Assembly (NCBI GenBank): GCA_963838925.1
Contig: CAWISW010000003.1
Location: 1-64,000 of the forward strand
Reading direction: 5' to 3'
DNA: 64,000 nt
Origin: an uncultured Nitrososphaerota archaeon
GTDB taxonomy: Archaea > Thermoproteota > Nitrososphaeria > Nitrososphaerales > Gagatemarchaeaceae
Shown here piece after piece: positions 59,813 to 64,000 of the stretch. The stretch's first letter is position 1. The number at the start of each line of letters is the position of its first letter. The translations under genes were made by a program, and so were the position numbers. Under the pieces are notes generated by a model, which did no database searches, had not been told where the DNA came from, and saw only the letters and a list, made by a program, of their open reading frames with translations.

Positions 59813-61300
59813 TCAGCCGGCGGGGCCGCCCATGGATATCGGGGCACCGACCTCAACAGGTGCGAAGAGCGTCATGCTCGCGCTGCCCACCTGGACCTCG
59901 ATTACCAGCGTGTATCCGCCGAGCGGAGCGGAGGTCGCGGTGTAGTCGCCAATGGCGAACTCGAGCGGCTGGTATGGGGCGATGGACAGGTTGGTCGAGG
60001 ACTGGGGGACAGTGAACTGGAGCCAGGACGGTAGCGGGACTATCGCGCCTCCCGCCTCATACAGGCCCGCGATGGAGACGACGACCGGCAGGGACTGGTT
60101 GGCTGGAGGGCTCGGAGGGTCGTAGATTAGCGACACGCCGCCGAAGTTCGTCTGGTCGGCCGCGGACAGCCCCCAGGTGGGGGTCTCGAAGTCCTGGCCG
60201 GAGGCGAGCGAGTGGAAGACCACGGCCCCGCCGGCGCCCTCCAGCGGCAGCCCCACCTCGCCGACGCTCCCACCGCTCGCGGACGCCTGGATTATCATCG
60301 TGACGTTGCTGATGTCGTTGTTGACGAAGGGCCTGACCGCGCCGGAGAGGAGCATGTCAGCCTCCGTCCCGTTGGGGCCCACCTCTGGGAGGAACGAGGG
60401 GAGGAACCTCACCCAGTCCCCCCTTATCACGCTGATCGAGCTCAGGTTGACGCTGCGGACCACGGTGGGCGAGGTGAGAGTCAGCGGCCACGTCTCGAGG
60501 TCGGGGCCGCTTACGGTCGTCTGGCCCTGCGAGCTAGGTGCAGAGCCACCTGCGGGCTGGGTAAGCGATGTCATCCGGACCGAGGGTGAGCCTATCGATA
60601 TGGAGATGCTTCCCTCGGTAAAATTGACGGACTCTATCTGCTGGATCCCGAAGTAGTCAACCGTGTAGGAGTGGCCCCAGGTCGCGTTGACCTTGAGGAT
60701 GTAGTCGCCGGCAGGGAGGATGCCGAGCGCGAATCCAGAGATTGAGGAGGGGTTTGACGCGACGAGGCTCATCGACCCCGACTGGAAGAGTGAGGCGGCC
60801 AGGGTCAGCCCCGTCATGCTGACGAAGGACGCTCCGCCAAAGCCCACGTAGATGTCCTCGGGGAACTGGAATCCCAGCGTGGCGTTGGGGTAGACTGCAA
60901 TCGTCGGGAGACCGCTCATCTCCGTTGGGGAGGCGGCGGAGTGGCATCCTAAGGCCGCGGTCGTTCCAGCCTGGACGGTCGTCGCGTTCCCGGCCCAGCA
61001 GTAAGGACCTTGCTCGCCCGCGAACGGCATGTTGTCGTACTCCGCCACTATCTCCGGGGCGTTCCCCAGGAGCGAGGGAGGTAGAGGCGGTACGCCACGC
61101 TCGGAGGGCGGCGCCGTCCCGGTCTGGGTCCCCGTCTGGTTTGTCTCAGTAGAATAGGGTCCAGGGGCTGTCGTCTGGGCTGGGGAGGGGTGGTTGGTCA
61201 CGAAGAAGACGCCGCCGGCAACGGTCACCCCGACGAGAATCGTGAGCACGAACAAGGTCGGGCCGGTCAGGCGGGGACGGGGCGGGGGCGCGGTGTCCAA
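59813..61300 (-). CDS. Membrane-anchored secreted protein, paralog of 11308-12702
   Basis: Colinear shared motifs along the whole length. Confidence 0.8.
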   Translation of the reverse strand: MDTAPPPRPRLTGPTLFVLTILVGVTVAGGVFFVTNHPSPAQTTAPGPYSTETNQTGTQTGTAPPSERGVPPLPPSLLGNAPEIVAEYDNMPFAGEQGPYCWAGNATTVQAGTTAALGCHSAASPTEMSGLPTIAVYPNATLGFQFPEDIYVGFGGASFVSMTGLTLAASLFQSGSMSLVASNPSSISGFALGILPAGDYILKVNATWGHSYTVDYFGIQQIESVNFTEGSISISIGSPSVRMTSLTQPAGGSAPSSQGQTTVSGPDLETWPLTLTSPTVVRSVNLSSISVIRGDWVRFLPSFLPEVGPNGTEADMLLSGAVRPFVNNDISNVTMIIQASASGGSVGEVGLPLEGAGGAVVFHSLASGQDFETPTWGLSAADQTNFGGVSLIYDPPSPPANQSLPVVVSIAGLYEAGGAIVPLPSWLQFTVPQSSTNLSIAPYQPLEFAIGDYTATSAPLGGYTLVIEVQVGSASMTLFAPVEVGAPISMGGPAG

Positions 61301-61331
61301 GCAAGCTCATGGGGAAATGAGCCTCCGTTTT

Positions 61332-61351
61332 GTATAAGGGTTTGTCCGAAC
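61332..61351 (-). promoter_or_regulatory. GTTCGGAC-N6-TATA element
   Basis: Minus strand GTTCGGAC-AAACCC-TTATAC, 32 nt before TTG 61300. Confidence 0.7.
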
Positions 61352-61473
61352 GGGACCAGGGCTTCACCGGGTTGGGTGTCTCGAACTGTCCCATCGAGTA
61401 CCTGATGCCCCGGCCCGGACGCGAACTTTGCTCCACAACCTCTAATTGTCTCCTCGCGTTCAAGCGGCAAGTC

Positions 61474-62139
61474 TTGAAGCCTGGGTCAAGGACGGGCATC
61501 TCATCTCGACTCGCACTTCTGGCTTTAGTGATCGTTCTTCTTCTAGCTTCAGCCGTCGGAGCGTACGAGTATGTCATAGCCAACAACCTGCAGAGCGAAA
61601 ACAGGACTCTCAGTTCTGAGGCCTCGAGCTACAGCAGCGATTACAGCGCCCAGCTTTCAGCCTATAGTGCCAACTCGGCTGCTTTGGTTCAGACATTAAT
61701 CTCCCACGTGCTTAATCTTCAGTCGGTAAACGGTCACTTCTTCAACAGAACCAAGGCTCTGGAAGACTATCTCGCCAACGCCACTATGACATGGTCCGGT
61801 ACCATGACAATGTCGGGTACCAATGTCACTGGGGGCATAGGAGATACTGATGTGGGCACTTCTGATATTGGTGGTACGCTCCGCACCTTCTTTGGAGAAG
61901 CCACCAGCCTCTACATTACTATAGATTCCTTCAACGTCACGAATGTCTCAAGCGGTACGGGAGACATCAGAGCCAACCTCTCTTTTGCAGGCTCCACCGC
62001 CATATGGGGAGCTATCAACGGGACCGTGTCCGCGAGTTACCAATTCGTTCACGAGAGTGGTGGCTGGTTGATTTCCAAGGAGGATTGGGATTTCGAGACC
62101 TTCGACGTCCAGTTCGCCCAGGGCATCCTCGGTCTTTGA
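61474..62139 (+). CDS. Membrane-anchored secreted protein with NTF2/SnoaL-like domain
   Basis: N-terminal TM; Y..NATMTWSG ... GWLISKEDWDF; TTG start at 61474 is inferred; lower GC. Confidence 0.6.
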   Translation: MKPGSRTGISSRLALLALVIVLLLASAVGAYEYVIANNLQSENRTLSSEASSYSSDYSAQLSAYSANSAALVQTLISHVLNLQSVNGHFFNRTKALEDYLANATMTWSGTMTMSGTNVTGGIGDTDVGTSDIGGTLRTFFGEATSLYITIDSFNVTNVSSGTGDIRANLSFAGSTAIWGAINGTVSASYQFVHESGGWLISKEDWDFETFDVQFAQGILGL

Positions 62140-62184
62140 TGAGCTACTAGGTTGGCAGCTCTGGGTGGACCGTGTCAGTTACCG

Positions 62185-63624
62185 CTAGTACATCTGGATG
62201 GTGGGGTCGACCTCGTGGCCCCAGGCCTTGATGCCGCCCTTCAGGTTCTTCGCCTTCTTGAAGCCCAGACCGTTGAGGAACCTGACGGCCTGAGCGGACC
62301 TCGAGCCCATGTGGCAGTATACGACGATGGGCCTCGCGGTGTCTAGCTCGTTCACGTGGGCGGCGAGCTGCGCCAGCGGGATGAGCTTGGCGTTGTTCAG
62401 GTGGGCTATCTCGTACTCGAAGGGCTCCCTGACGTCGAGGAGCACGACGTCCCTGCCGCCGTCGATCTCCTTCTTCAGCTCCTTCGGCGTCACCTCGAAC
62501 TCCGCGCCCAGCTCCTCCTCGACTCCGCAGAACGCCTCGTAGTCGATGAGCTTGGTCACCGTCGGGTTGGGGCCGCAGATGGAGCAGTTGGGGTCCTTGC
62601 GGAGCTTGAGCTCCTTGAAGGTCATGTCGAGCGCGTCGAAGAGCATCAGCCTGCCGACGAGCGGCCTCCCCTTGCCCAGTATGATGTCGATCGCCTCCGC
62701 CGCCTGGATGCTCCCCATGATCCCTGGGAGGACCCCGAGCACGCCTCCCTCGGCGCACGAGGGGACGAGGCCGGGCGGCGGTGGCTCCGGGTAGAGGCAG
62801 CGGTAGCAGGGCCCCTCCCTCGCGTAGAAGACCGACGCCTGCCCCTCGAACCTGAATATGCTCGCGTAGACGTTGGGCTTCCCTAGGAGGACGCACGCGT
62901 CGTTCACGAGGTAGCGCGTGGGGAAGTTGTCGGTCCCGTCCATTATGACGTCGTAGGCGCCGAGTATCTCCAGGGCGTTGGAGGAGTCGAGCCTCACCTT
63001 GTGGACCTCAACCTTGATGTTCGGGTTGATCTCGAGGAGCCTCTCTCTCGCGATGTCGGCCTTGCCCTTCCCGATGTCCTGCTCTGTGTAGAGCACCTGG
63101 CGGTGGAGGTTGCTCTTCTCGATGACGTCGAAGTCGACTATCCCTATCCTCCCGACCCCGGCCGCGGCAAGGTAGGTGGCGGAGGGCGTCCCCAGGCCCC
63201 CGGCGCCGATTATCAGGACGCTCGCCGACTTCAGCTTGCTCTGGCCCTCGAGCCCGACCTCCGGCATGATTAGGTGGCGGCTGTAGCGCGCGAACTCGGA
63301 GCTGGAGAACGAGACCTTCGGCCCGGGCTCTTTGTCGGCCGAGGCGTGCGCTCCCCCGGCGACGGCGGGGATGATCATCAGGGTGTCGCCGTCCTTGAGG
63401 GCGGTGCTCTCTCCCTCCTTGTACCTGATGTCCTCCTCGTTGAGGTAGATGTTGATGAAGCTCCTCAGCCTCCCGCTGTCCGAGTAGAGGTGCTTCCTGA
63501 GGTTCGGGAAGGCGGTCACCAGTTCCTTCAGCGCGTCGCTGACGGTCCTGGCGTTGAGCTTGAGCTCGTCCTCGTTGTCGGTGTGCTGCCTCAGCGCGGT
63601 CGGGATGATTACGGTGACGGTCAT
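62185..63624 (-). CDS. moeB: MoaD/ThiS(CysO)-like Ubl + MoeB/E1 adenylyltransferase + rhodanese fusion
   Basis: Ubl ending PAVAGG; RYSRH, GAGGLG, SNLHRQ, CYRC...CSIC; LDVREP, YCHMGSRS. Confidence 0.92.
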   Translation of the reverse strand: MTVTVIIPTALRQHTDNEDELKLNARTVSDALKELVTAFPNLRKHLYSDSGRLRSFINIYLNEEDIRYKEGESTALKDGDTLMIIPAVAGGAHASADKEPGPKVSFSSSEFARYSRHLIMPEVGLEGQSKLKSASVLIIGAGGLGTPSATYLAAAGVGRIGIVDFDVIEKSNLHRQVLYTEQDIGKGKADIARERLLEINPNIKVEVHKVRLDSSNALEILGAYDVIMDGTDNFPTRYLVNDACVLLGKPNVYASIFRFEGQASVFYAREGPCYRCLYPEPPPPGLVPSCAEGGVLGVLPGIMGSIQAAEAIDIILGKGRPLVGRLMLFDALDMTFKELKLRKDPNCSICGPNPTVTKLIDYEAFCGVEEELGAEFEVTPKELKKEIDGGRDVVLLDVREPFEYEIAHLNNAKLIPLAQLAAHVNELDTARPIVVYCHMGSRSAQAVRFLNGLGFKKAKNLKGGIKAWGHEVDPTIQMY

Positions 63625-64000
63625 GCCTTCTGGCTCACTCCGTTGTCTGCGGGCGCGCCGTCGTGTATCTCAATCTTCTCCTCGGCGACGGAACTGCGCT
63701 CCTGGTTGGGGAGCCAAGACCGCGTGTCCCCCGCCTCCCCCTTCGGGACGGAGACCACGACGTAGGAGTAGAACGGGAAGGAGTGCTCGAGGTCGAACTT
63801 CGAGAGGGTCGCGGGGTAGTCGGGGTGAGAGTGGTAGATGCCGGCGATGGCGAGGCCCTTCTTTGCGGCCTCCCTGTCTGCCCTGAAGAGCTCGAGGGGG
63901 TCGATGTGGTACCTGTCGTGCTTGGGCCCCGCGAACGCGTTCCTCATCTTGACCGCATCCACGACATCCTTGCTGCCGGAGCTGGCGATGAGCAGGCCGC
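63621..64000 (-). CDS. JAMM/Mov34 (M67, Mec-like) peptidase, 5' end outside the window
   Basis: YHSHPDYPATLSKFD (HxH-x7-S-x2-D). Confidence 0.9.
   Translation of the reverse strand, partial: GLLIASSGSKDVVDAVKMRNAFAGPKHDRYHIDPLELFRADREAAKKGLAIAGIYHSHPDYPATLSKFDLEHSFPFYSYVVVSVPKGEAGDTRSWLPNQERSSVAEEKIEIHDGAPADNGVSQKA

Noticed and set aside
1-64000. CRISPR array or cas genes
   Set aside because: No regularly spaced direct repeats with unique spacers and no cas motifs were seen.

Overview
GC-rich archaeal chromosome segment (TBP, archaeal-type TpiA, Hef-type helicase, PolB2, BHB-intron tRNAs). The gene mix suggests a non-ammonia-oxidising Nitrososphaerota, which is an inference. About 15 genes, including glnA, carry single-base frameshifts that look like uncorrected long-read errors. 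(1) 1-14.9 kb is an accessory island: a toxin-antitoxin/defence block (PD-(D/E)XK-wHTH-MNT fusion + HEPN, an ADP-ribosyltransferase-like gene, two RHH genes), a probable membrane-tethered wHTH regulator, a co-oriented array of secreted/membrane proteins with its own signal peptidase, and a tyrosine integrase whose stop codon abuts a tRNA-3'-like att core. The array genes, the regulator and three distant envelope genes share an upstream element GTTCGGAC-N6-TATA-like box, which suggests an undescribed envelope regulon. (2) 14.9-35.7 kb holds housekeeping genes (glnA, Lrp, nth, acyl-CoA dehydrogenase, Hef helicase, thrBC) and a MoxR operon. (3) 35.8-41.2 kb is a PolB2 operon whose polymerase carries a 537-aa LAGLIDADG intein in motif B. 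(4) 43-49 kb contains tRNA-Leu(GAG), an intron-containing tRNA-Thr(CGT) between two convergent free-standing LAGLIDADG endonuclease genes, and a three-intron tRNA-Phe(GAA). (5) 49.6-64 kb contains TBP, tpiA, a second MoxR operon, a metB-like gene, and a JAMM peptidase next to a Ubl-E1-rhodanese fusion. All calls come from reading motifs by eye; no database searches were run.
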